Source: Muribaculaceae bacterium
GTDB lineage: Bacteria > Bacteroidota > Bacteroidia > Bacteroidales > Muribaculaceae
Assembly: GCA_017620635.1 (NCBI GenBank)
Contig: JAGAUV010000008.1
Coordinates: 13,883-77,882, forward strand
Reading direction: 5' to 3'
DNA: 64,000 bases
Part shown: piece after piece, positions 17,673-27,665 of the stretch
Numbering within the stretch: position 1 is the stretch's first letter
Layout of the letters: each line of letters opens with the position of its first letter
The notes under the pieces: generated by a model
What the model saw: only the letters and a program-made list of their open reading frames with translations
Database searches by the model: none
Told to the model about the DNA's origin: nothing
Made by a program: the position numbers and the translations under genes

Positions 17673-17680
17673 CAAAGTTA
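17673..17680 (-). promoter_or_regulatory. -7 box (TAACTTTG) of tRNA-Met
   Basis: TAnnTTTG 12 nt upstream of the tRNA 5' end. Confidence 0.7.
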
Positions 17681-17772
17681 CACACATTTTTTTACCCAAC
17701 CAAATTTTTTATGAACTTTTTTTGTGCGAATTTTGTTATACACCTTTCCGGCCGGCCTGTGCATGCCTTCTG

Positions 17773-18552
17773 CTACATGTCGAGAGTCTGTACTCCGCCT
17801 CCGTTTACCATTAACACCTGACCGCTTACCCAGGCTGATATCGGGCATGCGAAATAAAGGACTGCTCCGGCTATGTCCGACACTTCTCCGAGTCGATGTA
17901 ATGGTGTGTGCGCAAGCATCTTCGCCTCGATTTTCGGAGTCAGCACACTTGCAAGGGAATGCGTCCTTGTCGCACCGGGACCGACACAATTGATTCTTAT
18001 GCCCATATGGCCGTAGTCAAACGCCAGGTTCGATGCCAGATGGTTGAGAGCGGCCTTCGACGATGCGTAGATAGCCATATTCGCCTCGTTATTGATGCTG
18101 CTCATCGATGTTATGTTGACTATGCTTCCGTAGCCCGATTTCTCCATGTATGGAGCTGCGAGCTTGCACAATTGCCAGGGTGCGAATACATTCATTGCAT
18201 AGATTCGCTCCACGTATGCGCGGTCTATCTTGAACGGGTTCTCTCGGCCGCCGCCTCCAATGCCGGCATTGTTGACAAGTATGTTTACCGTGCCGTATGT
18301 CTTTACGGCAAATTCTATAAGTGCGCTGAGCTCGTTCTCGTCAAGCACATTGCAGGCTGTGGCTGACGCTATGCCTCCTGATTTTATGATTTCGTCTGCT
18401 GTCGCCTGTGCATTCTCAAGTTTAAGATCACTTACTACAACCGATGCTCCGGCCGATGCGAGTATTTCACTGCAGCCCTTGCCTATCCCGTTTCCGGCGC
18501 CGGTTACGACTGCCACCTTGCCTTTGAGGTCAAATAGTTCCTTCGTATTCAT
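17773..18552 (-). CDS. hdhA: SDR oxidoreductase, probable 7-alpha-hydroxysteroid dehydrogenase
   Basis: TGAGNGIG, AGASVVVSD, NNAG.GG, YASSKAA, MLAHTP..RLG, WVSGQVL.V.GGGVQ; closely follows E. coli HdhA as recalled. Confidence 0.75.
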   Translation of the reverse strand: MNTKELFDLKGKVAVVTGAGNGIGKGCSEILASAGASVVVSDLKLENAQATADEIIKSGGIASATACNVLDENELSALIEFAVKTYGTVNILVNNAGIGGGGRENPFKIDRAYVERIYAMNVFAPWQLCKLAAPYMEKSGYGSIVNITSMSSINNEANMAIYASSKAALNHLASNLAFDYGHMGIRINCVGPGATRTHSLASVLTPKIEAKMLAHTPLHRLGEVSDIAGAVLYFACPISAWVSGQVLMVNGGGVQTLDM

Positions 18553-18578
18553 ATATTGAAGTATTATAATATATATAC

Positions 18579-18602
18579 AACAAATTAATCACGCCGGGTG
18601 TT
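18579..18602 (-). promoter_or_regulatory. AAC-N18-GTT promoter candidate upstream of hdhA
   Basis: Minus strand ggAAC acccggcgtgattaattt GTTgta, about 27 nt before the ATG. Confidence 0.55.
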
Positions 18603-18704
18603 CCCGGCTTGTTGCGTATTGTTTTGTCGCCCGTTTGGCCTTGTTTCTGTGCTTTTGTGGAATTGCGGATTCATCGGTACAATATCTTTGTCTAATTTTG
18701 TCGT

Positions 18705-19565
18705 ATGAAAAACATCTCATTGCTATATCTACTCCTTGTGGCATCCCTCATATCGTCATGCGATATGGTAGAGAACCAGCCCTATGCCGCAAGGATTACC
18801 GGCAAGACCGATCTCAACACCATATATACCCGGGAGCTGTCGGCCGCAGGGCTGAAACCGCCCTTCTCTTTCGCTTTCATTACCGACACCCAAGGCTCGC
18901 TCGACGAGATGCGTCAGGCTATAGGTATTATAAGGAGTAGAAAGGATATTGACTTCATCGTACACGGAGGCGACCTTACCGACTTCGGAATTGTGAAAGA
19001 ATTTATTTGGGCGCGCGACATTATGGAAGAAGCCGGCATCCCGTATATTACAGTCATAGGCAACCACGACTGCCTCGGAAATGGCAACGATACCTTCGAC
19101 TATATTTTCGGCCCTGAAAACTTTTCTTTCAACATCGGCCCCGTCCATTTCCTGTGTCTCAATACTATTGCGCTCGAGTACGATTACTCGCGGCCCGTAC
19201 CCGATCTCGACTTCATAGAACGCGATATCCTGTCGGTAGCCGAGACAAACGCTCAACATCCCGATTCGATAACTCACTCCATCGTAGTGATGCACTCAAG
19301 GCCATACGACGAACAGTTCAACAACAATGTCGCCAAGCCGTTCAATTATTACATCTCGCAGCTTCCGGGCATGGATATCGGCAAAAGCGGATCTGATACA
19401 TGCGACAAAGGTTTCTGTATCAACGGTCACAACCACGCGATAGCCGTAAGCGATATTTTCGACAACGGAATACTATATTATCAGTGTGCCGACATGGGCA
19501 AGCGCACATTCTTCATTTTCACTGTCACTGATGATGGATACGATTATGAGACAGTCGTTTTTTAA
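18705..19565 (+). CDS. Calcineurin-like metallophosphoesterase lipoprotein
   Basis: Lipobox ISSC; motifs DTQ, GDLTD, GNHD, MH, GHNH. Confidence 0.88.
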   Translation: MKNISLLYLLLVASLISSCDMVENQPYAARITGKTDLNTIYTRELSAAGLKPPFSFAFITDTQGSLDEMRQAIGIIRSRKDIDFIVHGGDLTDFGIVKEFIWARDIMEEAGIPYITVIGNHDCLGNGNDTFDYIFGPENFSFNIGPVHFLCLNTIALEYDYSRPVPDLDFIERDILSVAETNAQHPDSITHSIVVMHSRPYDEQFNNNVAKPFNYYISQLPGMDIGKSGSDTCDKGFCINGHNHAIAVSDIFDNGILYYQCADMGKRTFFIFTVTDDGYDYETVVF

Positions 19566-20190
19566 ACATACAGTTTCGGCTTTTGTCATCCTCATATTGC
19601 TTCTGTCGCCCCTCTCGGTCGGTGCTCAGTCAGGATACGAGCAGCGTCTCGAACGTCGTGAGAAGGTATGGCAGAAGCTTATTCCAAACCTTTATATGTT
19701 GCAGTATGGCGGCGGAATTGCCACTGTTTCGGCCGGTTTAGGATGGGACTATGGCCGGGCAAGGCAATGGGAAACCCACATACTGTTCGGCTTTGTCCCT
19801 AAAAAATACAGTCATTCACATTACTGGACGTTCAATATCCGTCAGACATATATCCCCTGGAGCATCCCGATAAAAAACATAGTCAGCTACAGACCTTTGA
19901 CAGCAAGTCTTCTGGTAAACTCAATACTACACAACGACTTCTGGATGTCTGAGCCCGACCGCTATCCTCACGGCTACTACGGTTTCTCAAGCCGAATGCG
20001 CTTTCACATTGCTGTCGGCCAGAGATGGACATTTGCCATTCCTCGCGACAAAAGACTGATTTCAAGCCAACTGAGCGTATATTACGAATTGTCGACCTGC
20101 GACCTCTATGTCCGTCAGAAATTCCTTAATTCGGCGATACCGTTCAAAGACATACTCTCCTTGGGCTTCGGCATCATATTTACCATTTAG
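19546..20190 (+). CDS. Hypothetical outer-membrane protein
   Basis: Signal peptide from ATG 19546, aromatic-rich beta-strand pattern, QYGGG..SAGLGWDYG; overlaps the upstream stop. Confidence 0.75.
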   Translation: MRQSFFKHTVSAFVILILLLSPLSVGAQSGYEQRLERREKVWQKLIPNLYMLQYGGGIATVSAGLGWDYGRARQWETHILFGFVPKKYSHSHYWTFNIRQTYIPWSIPIKNIVSYRPLTASLLVNSILHNDFWMSEPDRYPHGYYGFSSRMRFHIAVGQRWTFAIPRDKRLISSQLSVYYELSTCDLYVRQKFLNSAIPFKDILSLGFGIIFTI

Positions 20191-20199
20191 ATTTACCAT

Positions 20200-21663
20200 T
20201 TAGCTCGTCTTGCGCGAGGCATCTATCTTGAGCAGTATAAAGAGCAGTATCGTGAAGCCCCACAGCGACGAACCTCCATAGCTGAAGAATGGCAACGGAA
20301 TACCGATTACCGGGCACAAACCTATTACCATGCCTATATTGATGCAGAAATGGAAGATAAAATATGAAGCCACACAATAGGCATACACACGTCCGAATGT
20401 GCTCGGCTGACGCTCGCCTATCTTGATCACTCGCAGGATGAGCCCGAGGAATAGCAGTGTCACAATCATTGCACCCACAAAACCTTCCTCCTCTCCTATC
20501 GTGCAGAAGATAAAGTCGGTGTGCTGTTCCGGCACATATTTAAGTTTGGTCTGTGTTCCGTTGAGGAAACCCTTGCCGAAAAAGCCACCGGAACCGATAG
20601 CTATCTTCGACTGGTTTACATTATAGCCGGCATCTCTGAGATCCTCGACTATACCGAGTGCTACTTCTATGCGGAGCTTCTGATGAGGCTGAAGATGATT
20701 GAACGCCGCTCCGATCGAGAACATGAATACCAGCGACAGCACGGCGGTAAGAGCCGACACATACAGTTTTGGACGGCGCAACGTGATGGCCTCGAATACG
20801 ATGTATACACACGCTATGGCGATCGCGCCGAGATTGACAGCAAGGCCGGGTATCTCTATTCCGCAAAGGCTGAGGATATACTCCACAAGGCCGACGCCTA
20901 AAAACCAAAGCAGAAGGTTGCGTCCTACTTCGAGCCTGCGTGAATATACAACGGTCATACCCGTCATCACGACCATAATCATCAGCATCACATAAAATTC
21001 GCCCGACGGCATACCCAAGATCATGGTCTCGGTAAACTTGATGCCGACTACAAATATTACTACGGCAAAGAACGCTGCAAACAGCACGAGGCCGCTCATT
21101 CCCTCGCGATAGAGGACAAAGAATAGGGCAAGGAATGTAAGAGCCGAGCCTGTCTCATTCTGTAGCAGTATCAGTACTACAGGCACCAGGATCAGGGTTA
21201 TCGCCTTGAGATAATTGACGTAGCTCGCGTTCAGGTTGAAATGATAGCCGCTCAATAGCTTGGCAAGCGCGAGCGCCGTGGCAAACTTGGCGAACTCCGC
21301 CGGCTGCAGACTCATGCTGCTGCCGAACTTGATCCACGAATAGGAGCCCTTTGTGTCCTCCGCAAGAAATGGCGTAATGGCGAGCAGTATCATAAGCCCG
21401 ATATACACCGGGAAGGCATACGTCTCGTACATTCGAGCATCGATCAGCAATATTATCAGGCCAAGGATAAGCGACAGACCTATCCAGCGGAGTTGTTTGC
21501 CCGAGAACTCGCTTATGGCAAACATCGATGCGTTGTCGAAATTATAACAGGCCGCATATATGCTTACCATCCCGGCGAATACCATGATAAGATAGATGAT
21601 AATCGTCGGCCAGTCAAGATGACGGAACGTCAACGACGGATCATTTCTTCTTGGGAGGGGCAT
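20200..21663 (-). CDS. rodA: Rod shape-determining SEDS protein RodA
   Basis: LQPAEFAK, GYNVNQSKIAIGSGG, PEQHTDFIF, PLPFFSYGGSS. Confidence 0.96.
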   Translation of the reverse strand: MPLPRRNDPSLTFRHLDWPTIIIYLIMVFAGMVSIYAACYNFDNASMFAISEFSGKQLRWIGLSLILGLIILLIDARMYETYAFPVYIGLMILLAITPFLAEDTKGSYSWIKFGSSMSLQPAEFAKFATALALAKLLSGYHFNLNASYVNYLKAITLILVPVVLILLQNETGSALTFLALFFVLYREGMSGLVLFAAFFAVVIFVVGIKFTETMILGMPSGEFYVMLMIMVVMTGMTVVYSRRLEVGRNLLLWFLGVGLVEYILSLCGIEIPGLAVNLGAIAIACVYIVFEAITLRRPKLYVSALTAVLSLVFMFSIGAAFNHLQPHQKLRIEVALGIVEDLRDAGYNVNQSKIAIGSGGFFGKGFLNGTQTKLKYVPEQHTDFIFCTIGEEEGFVGAMIVTLLFLGLILRVIKIGERQPSTFGRVYAYCVASYFIFHFCINIGMVIGLCPVIGIPLPFFSYGGSSLWGFTILLFILLKIDASRKTS

Positions 21664-23500
21664 AATATACTTTCGAGTTTAACATTAATTCTTCTGTTGC
21701 CTTGCGGCCCGGCGAGATTGTGCCGGTAAGGTATTTCTCCATTACGAGGCTACCGATAGGCACGCCGTAGGTCGCTCCATAACCGCCGCACTCTACAAAC
21801 ACCGCTATCGCTATCTTGGGATTGTCGTATGGCGCGAAACCCATAAACACGGCGTGGTGGTTGCCGTGTGGATTCTGTGCCGTACCTGTCTTGCCGCACA
21901 CCTCGATACCGGGGATTGCGGCGCCTCGGCATGTACCGCCTGTCACTGCGGCTCGCATACCCTCGGCTATCGGTGTATAGTACTTGGCCTCGATTGAGGG
22001 ATAGCGCCGTTCGAGCAGCTTGCTGTCTATCACGGTGTCCTGGATCTCTTTTACCACATGTGGCGTCACGAAGAAACCTCGGTTTGCTATTGTGGCGCCT
22101 AAGTTCGCTATCTGTAACGGCGTGGCGAGGATTTCGCCTTGACCGATAGCCACTGAGATGATCGTATTTGCGCTCCAGCGTCCTTCCTTGTAGAACTTGT
22201 CGTAATACTTGGCATTGGGGATAAAGCCACGGCTCTCACCCGGCAGGTCGATGCCGGTTTTATAGCCGTATCCCATCGACACGAGATGGTTTTTCCATAC
22301 CTCGAAAGCCTTTGCCGATGTCCCGTACTTGCTTCTGCGGTCTACCATCGATTTGAAGCCCCAGCAGAAATAAGCGTTACACGATGTCGCAAGTGCCGGA
22401 ATCAATGGCAATGGAGATCCGTGGGGATGGCAACCCACGCGCAGGCCGCCGCTCACATAGCCGCCCGTACACGGAAACGTTGTCTTGGTGTCTATGATGC
22501 CTTCTTCGAGGAAGATGAGGCCCTGGCTGGGTTTGAAGGTCGAGCCGGGAGGATAAGAGGCCTGTATCGAACGGTCGTAGAGCGGCCACGACTGGTCATT
22601 GACGAGCTTGCGGTAATTCTCGCCTCGCTGGCGTCCTACAAGCAGTGTCGGGTCATAATTGGGCATCGACACCATACACAGCACCTCGCCGGTCGAGGGT
22701 TCGATTGCCACTACTGCACCGCGCTTGCCCACCATCAGAGACTCTGCATACTGCTGCAGCTTGATATCAAGACTAAGCCGGAGATCACGGCCGGAAATAG
22801 GCTCTACATCCTGTGCGCCGTCCTCATAGCGTCCCTGTATGCGGCCGCGCGCGTCGCGCATCAGTATCTCTACGCCTTTTACGCCGCGCAGATGCTCTTC
22901 ATAGCTCTTTTCTACACCGAGGTCTCCCGTATAGTCTCCTGCGGCATAGTAGTTGTCGCGTTCGATATCCTTCTTGTTTACCTCGCGTATGTTGCCGAGC
23001 ACATTGGCCGCGGTCGGGGTCTTGTATTGCCTGAGTATGCGCTTCTGGATGAAAAAGCCGGGGAAGCGGTATAGCTTCTCCTGCAGGCGCCCGTAATCCT
23101 CCACCGATAGCTGGGCGATAAAGCGCTGAGGAGTGTACGACGAGTAGCCGGGATTAAGCCGGCGGTCCTTCATGTCGGCCATTCGCTTGTCGAACTGTTC
23201 CCGGCTGATATTGATTGTCTGGCAGAAATCGAGAGTATCGAACGGATGTACGTCTCGCGGAATGAGCATCACATCGTATGCCGGCTGATTGAACACTACA
23301 AGCTCGCCGTTGCGGTCATAGATAAGGCCGCGCGACGGATATATGGTCTTCTTTAAAAAAGCATTGGAATCGGCCGACTGCTTGTACTGCTCGTCGTTGA
23401 TCTGAAGATCGAACAGGCGCACAAGATAGATCAGCCCTATCAGTATGATAAAGCCGCCGATTATATATTTGCGTTTCTCTAAATTATAATTTTTTCTCAC
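21641..23500 (-). CDS. mrdA: Penicillin-binding protein 2
   Basis: RGLIYDRNG, PGSTFK (SxxK), SCN, KTGT. Confidence 0.96.
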   Translation of the reverse strand: MRKNYNLEKRKYIIGGFIILIGLIYLVRLFDLQINDEQYKQSADSNAFLKKTIYPSRGLIYDRNGELVVFNQPAYDVMLIPRDVHPFDTLDFCQTINISREQFDKRMADMKDRRLNPGYSSYTPQRFIAQLSVEDYGRLQEKLYRFPGFFIQKRILRQYKTPTAANVLGNIREVNKKDIERDNYYAAGDYTGDLGVEKSYEEHLRGVKGVEILMRDARGRIQGRYEDGAQDVEPISGRDLRLSLDIKLQQYAESLMVGKRGAVVAIEPSTGEVLCMVSMPNYDPTLLVGRQRGENYRKLVNDQSWPLYDRSIQASYPPGSTFKPSQGLIFLEEGIIDTKTTFPCTGGYVSGGLRVGCHPHGSPLPLIPALATSCNAYFCWGFKSMVDRRSKYGTSAKAFEVWKNHLVSMGYGYKTGIDLPGESRGFIPNAKYYDKFYKEGRWSANTIISVAIGQGEILATPLQIANLGATIANRGFFVTPHVVKEIQDTVIDSKLLERRYPSIEAKYYTPIAEGMRAAVTGGTCRGAAIPGIEVCGKTGTAQNPHGNHHAVFMGFAPYDNPKIAIAVFVECGGYGATYGVPIGSLVMEKYLTGTISPGRKATEELMLNSKVYYAPPKKK

Positions 23501-23520
23501 GGGAGAGCAGACGGGTTTGA

Positions 23521-24036
23521 CTATTGCTCGCGTGTGCGGAAACTCACGCAGTCAATAGCATAGAGGAGAACAAATGTATAGGCTGTTGAAGCCAGAATGC
23601 GGAGAAGCAGTAAGCGGAAATTGAAAAACTGGAATGCCTCTACCGTAAAGGCGATAGCACAGTAAAGAGCCGTGATCGTGAGCAGATATTTCATGAATGC
23701 GGCCATGCCCATCGTGCGTGCCGACGGACTGCGGCCGGCAAGATCATCGTCCATCGATACATAGAGATGAAATATCGACTTGCGTGAAAACGACACTATC
23801 GTCGAACATAAGGCATTGACGCCGGGGGTGTCGCAGAAGATATCAAGAAAGAATCCGGCAAGGAAGCTTAACGTTACCGACAGATTGGTGCCGAGCGTGA
23901 CAGGAAGAAAGACTATGAGATATATGAACACCAGAGGCACAGCCACGTCAAAGAGAATGAGGTGGTTGAAGACTATTGCCTGTGCTGTGACAAGCAGCAC
24001 GAACATCAATGCATATTTGATTGCAAACTTAGTCAT
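23521..24036 (-). CDS. mreD: Rod shape-determining protein MreD
   Basis: Hydrophobic, GFFLDIF.DTPG; lies between mreC and mrdA. Confidence 0.9.
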   Translation of the reverse strand: MTKFAIKYALMFVLLVTAQAIVFNHLILFDVAVPLVFIYLIVFLPVTLGTNLSVTLSFLAGFFLDIFCDTPGVNALCSTIVSFSRKSIFHLYVSMDDDLAGRSPSARTMGMAAFMKYLLTITALYCAIAFTVEAFQFFNFRLLLLRILASTAYTFVLLYAIDCVSFRTREQ

Positions 24037-24068
24037 AATCTACGCTTGGTTCACATGCCTTTGCCTGT

Positions 24069-24938
24069 TTAGTCTCCGAAGAGATTCTTTTTGCTGTCGT
24101 TTTCCTCGCCGGCTCTCAGAGCTCTCAGCTCCTCGGCCTTGTTGTTCACTATGACCTGCACGTTACTCAGCGTCGTGAAGTCGGTCAGAAGTCTTACCTT
24201 GAGCTTGAAGAAGTTCTGGTTGTGCTCTGTATTGTCATCCACCACGATGCCGACAGGAAGACCGGCCGGGAATACCGATGAGTAGCCGTTGGTCACTATC
24301 GTATCGCCTGGCTTGAACACCGTGTGACGGGGCAGATCCTCGAGCATCGCTTCATCAGGCTGATTGCCGTCCCACACAAGTGATCCGAAATAATCGGTGC
24401 GTTTGATCTTGCACGACAGCCTGAAGTGTGGATTGAGCAGAGATATTACTCTCGCGCTCGTCGGCCCTACATTGCTGACTATACCTACTACACCGTTCTG
24501 GTCCACAACGCCGAGCTCCGGCTTGATACCGTCTTTGCTGCCTTTGTTGATCGTAATGTAGTTGTACGGATGGGCGACACTGTTGTTGATCACATGGGCA
24601 ACGATAAAGTCGAAATTCGACACGCCGGAATCTATCACAAGTGTGTCGGTGTAGCCTTGCTCGGTCATAAGATCGATGCGTTGCTGCAGTCTCACTATTT
24701 CCGACTGCAGGTCAGCGTTTCGGCGGTTCAGGTCCTCGTTGATCTCATGAAGGTTGAAGTACGACGTCACATTATTGGCGCTCTTATAGGCTGTCGTGGC
24801 AAGACGGCCGGCAGATGTCAGGTAGAGATGCTGTCGGTAAGGATCGTCATGAAACAACAGCATGCAGCTTATCACCACAAAGAATGTGAAGACAAACCAC
24901 TTGCTGTGCCGTATAAGAAAGGCGACAAGTTCGCTCAC
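24069..24938 (-). CDS. mreC: Rod shape-determining protein MreC
   Basis: Transmembrane segment + coiled coil, TINKGSKDGI, GVVGIV, FPAGLPVG. Confidence 0.95.
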   Translation of the reverse strand: MSELVAFLIRHSKWFVFTFFVVISCMLLFHDDPYRQHLYLTSAGRLATTAYKSANNVTSYFNLHEINEDLNRRNADLQSEIVRLQQRIDLMTEQGYTDTLVIDSGVSNFDFIVAHVINNSVAHPYNYITINKGSKDGIKPELGVVDQNGVVGIVSNVGPTSARVISLLNPHFRLSCKIKRTDYFGSLVWDGNQPDEAMLEDLPRHTVFKPGDTIVTNGYSSVFPAGLPVGIVVDDNTEHNQNFFKLKVRLLTDFTTLSNVQVIVNNKAEELRALRAGEENDSKKNLFGD

Positions 24939-24957
24939 TGCCCTATCCTGACGGATA

Positions 24958-25977
24958 TTATCGGATTAGGAACGAGAAGTTCTGGTAGTTCTTGAGAGCT
25001 ACACCCGTTCCCTTGGCTACGCAGAGCAACGGATCCTCGGCTATATGGAACTGGATGCCGATCTTGTCGATCAGTCGCTTGTCGAGACCGCGGAGCAATG
25101 CGCCGCCGCCGGCAAGATAGATACCGTTGCGTACGATATCGGCATAAAGCTCGGGCGGTGTCTGCTCGAGAGCGCTGAGGACGGCTGCCTCGATCTTGGA
25201 GATTGTCTTCTCTATGCAGTGGCATATTTCCTGATAGCTCACAGGCACTTCAAGAGGAAGTGCGGTCATAAGGTTAGGTCCGTGTACCACGTAGTCTTCC
25301 GGCGGATTCTCGAGCTCTGTAAGCGCCGAGCCGACATTCATTTTTATCTGTTCGGCTGTGCGTACACCCACCTTTATGTTGTGGGCGCGGCGCATGTGGT
25401 TGAGAATATCGTCGGTAAGGTCGTCACCGGCAACCTGTATACTCTTGTTGCTCACGATACCTCCGAGAGAAATCACGGCGATTTCTGTTGTGCCGCCGCC
25501 TATATCGACGATCATGTTGCCTTCGGGTGCCTCTACGTCGAGACCGATACCGAGAGCGGCAGCCATAGGCTCGTGTATCATGTACACATCGCGGCCGTCG
25601 GCGTGCTCCGACGAGTCGCGTACGGCGCGTACTTCAACTTCCGAAGAGCCGGAGGGTATGCCCACCACCATTCGCAGTGAAGGCGAGAACCAGTTGTTTT
25701 TTGTGCTCGCTTTCTTTATCAGACCGCGGATCATAAGCTCGGCGGCATTGAAGTCGGCGATGACACCTTTGCGGAGAGGACGGACTGTACGGATGCCGGG
25801 GTGGCCCTTGCCTTCCATGAGGTGGGCGTCCTTGCCGACTGCGATCAGCTTGTCCGTACGGTTGTCAAGTGCCACAATCGACGGCTCGTTGATCACGATC
25901 TTGTCGTTGTGGATTATAATCGTATTGGCTGTGCCAAGGTCGATTGCTATTTCTTTGGTAAGAGAGAATAGTCTCAT
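24958..25977 (-). CDS. mreB: Actin-like protein MreB
   Basis: IDLGTANT, EPMAAA, DIGGGTTE, GGGALL. Confidence 0.98.
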   Translation of the reverse strand: MRLFSLTKEIAIDLGTANTIIIHNDKIVINEPSIVALDNRTDKLIAVGKDAHLMEGKGHPGIRTVRPLRKGVIADFNAAELMIRGLIKKASTKNNWFSPSLRMVVGIPSGSSEVEVRAVRDSSEHADGRDVYMIHEPMAAALGIGLDVEAPEGNMIVDIGGGTTEIAVISLGGIVSNKSIQVAGDDLTDDILNHMRRAHNIKVGVRTAEQIKMNVGSALTELENPPEDYVVHGPNLMTALPLEVPVSYQEICHCIEKTISKIEAAVLSALEQTPPELYADIVRNGIYLAGGGALLRGLDKRLIDKIGIQFHIAEDPLLCVAKGTGVALKNYQNFSFLIR

Positions 25978-25992
25978 TTTTTCTTCAGGATA

Positions 25993-27534
25993 TTAATGGC
26001 GGAAGTGACGGAAACCGGTCATGACCATTGTCATGCCGTTTGCTTTGCAGTACTCTACCGATTCTGTATCGCGGATAGAGCCGCCGGGCTGGATAACATT
26101 GTCTACGCCGGCCTTGTGCGCGATCTCCACGCAGTCGCCGAAGGGGAAGAAGGCATCGGAAGCCATGGTGGCGCCGTTGAGGTCGAAGCCGAAGCTGTGA
26201 GCCTTTTCGATAGCCTGTTTGAGTGCGTCGACACGCGATGTCTGGCCTACGCCTGAAGCTATGAGCTGACCGTTACGTGCAAGCACGATAGCGTTGCTCT
26301 TGCTGTGCTTTACAAGTTTGTTGGCGAAGAGCATGTCGGCGATCTGCTGCTCGCTGAGGCTGCTGCCTGCGACGAGTTTGAGATCCTCTGCTGTCTCGTT
26401 CTTGCTGTCGGTGTCCTGTACGAGCACGCCGCCGAGAATTGTACGCATGCGCTGGCCGGCTGGCGCTTTGGCCTTGCGGCGCAGGATAATGCGGTTCTTT
26501 TTCTGCTGGAGTATTGCAAGCGCATCCTCGCTGTAGTCGGGTGCTATCACTACCTCAAAGAAGATTTTGCCCATTTCTTCGGCTGCGTTGGCCTCGATTT
26601 TAGCATTGGAGATGATTATGCCGCCGAAAGCCGAAACGGGATCTCCGGCCAGTGCGTCGGCCCATGCCTCTGCCACTGTGCCGCGGCTTGCACATCCGCA
26701 AGCATTGTTGTGTTTGAGCACGGCCACGGTGGTGGTGTCAAATTCATCGATCAGAGCGCATGCAGCATCGATGTCGAGCAGGTTGTTGTAGCTGATGTCC
26801 TTGCCGTGGAGCTGCTCGAACATGGCATCGAAGTTGCCGTAATAGGCGGCAGCCTGATGCGGATTCTCGCCATAACGGAGCGACTTGGCGCCATCGACAG
26901 CGACTCGCAGCGACGACAGATCGCCGGCCTCGAGCGGTGTCACGCCGGCAAACCAGTTGTAGATAGCCGAGTCATAGCCCGACGACACTGCGAAAGCCTC
27001 ACGGGCGAAAAGTTGACGCTGTTCCAGTGTTGTTTCTGCCCCCTGGGTGTCGAGTATGCCCTCGAGCAAGGGGAACTGACGGTCGGATGCGACGATTACT
27101 ACATCGTTGAAGTTTTTGGCGGCGCCACGGATAAGCGATATGCCGCCTATATCGATCTTCTCGATGATATCCTCGTGGCTTGCTCCGCTTGCCACAGTGG
27201 CCTCGAACGGATACAGGTCAACGATCACGAGATCAATGGGTGCTATTTCATATTTTGCCGAATCGGCTTTGTCCGATTCATTGTCACGGCGAGCAAGTAT
27301 GCCACCGAATACTTTCGGGTGCAGAGTCTTGACGCGACCGCCAAGTATAGAGGGATAGCCGGTAAGGTCTTCTACGGCTTTGCAAGGGATACCCAGACTT
27401 TCGATGTAGGTCTGGGTACCGCCTGTCGATAGAAGCTCTACTCCGAGGCTATGAAGTTTTGTTACGATATTTCCGATACGGTCTTTACTGTAGACCGAGA
27501 CAAGTGCTGTACGAATTTTTTTTGTAGTCGCCAT
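25993..27534 (-). CDS. purH: Bifunctional AICAR transformylase/IMP cyclohydrolase
   Basis: GRVKTLHP, IDIGG, LRYGENPHQ, KHNNACG, ASDAFFPF, RHFRH. Confidence 0.98.
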   Translation of the reverse strand: MATTKKIRTALVSVYSKDRIGNIVTKLHSLGVELLSTGGTQTYIESLGIPCKAVEDLTGYPSILGGRVKTLHPKVFGGILARRDNESDKADSAKYEIAPIDLVIVDLYPFEATVASGASHEDIIEKIDIGGISLIRGAAKNFNDVVIVASDRQFPLLEGILDTQGAETTLEQRQLFAREAFAVSSGYDSAIYNWFAGVTPLEAGDLSSLRVAVDGAKSLRYGENPHQAAAYYGNFDAMFEQLHGKDISYNNLLDIDAACALIDEFDTTTVAVLKHNNACGCASRGTVAEAWADALAGDPVSAFGGIIISNAKIEANAAEEMGKIFFEVVIAPDYSEDALAILQQKKNRIILRRKAKAPAGQRMRTILGGVLVQDTDSKNETAEDLKLVAGSSLSEQQIADMLFANKLVKHSKSNAIVLARNGQLIASGVGQTSRVDALKQAIEKAHSFGFDLNGATMASDAFFPFGDCVEIAHKAGVDNVIQPGGSIRDTESVEYCKANGMTMVMTGFRHFRH

Positions 27535-27563
27535 CTCTTAATGTTAATCCTGCGTTTGATTTG

Positions 27564-27571
27564 CAAAATTA
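27564..27571 (-). promoter_or_regulatory. -7 box (TAATTTTG) of the purH-mre-mrd unit
   Basis: TAnnTTTG about 30 nt upstream of the purH ATG. Confidence 0.6.
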
Positions 27572-27665
27572 CAAAAAAAATTTCGCCCCTATACCGTAAA
27601 TATCAATTTCTTTGAAAAAAACTTTGCGACAGTACTCTTCACAGCCCGAAAAGCTGTCATAAATC

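Noticed and set aside
17519-17772. tRNA-Met as a possible integration site
   Set aside because: No integrase, no duplicated tRNA 3' end, and core genes follow directly.
26305-27432. Long antisense ORFs (375 aa opposite purH; likewise 56014-57105, 22286-23074, 58639-59358, 62078-62797 and others)
   Set aside because: Shadow frames of strongly conserved genes caused by codon bias; no recognisable motifs or leaders.
27535-27665. Possible ZTP riboswitch upstream of purH
   Set aside because: The -7 box lies about 30 nt from the ATG, leaving no room; no aptamer-like sequence is visible.
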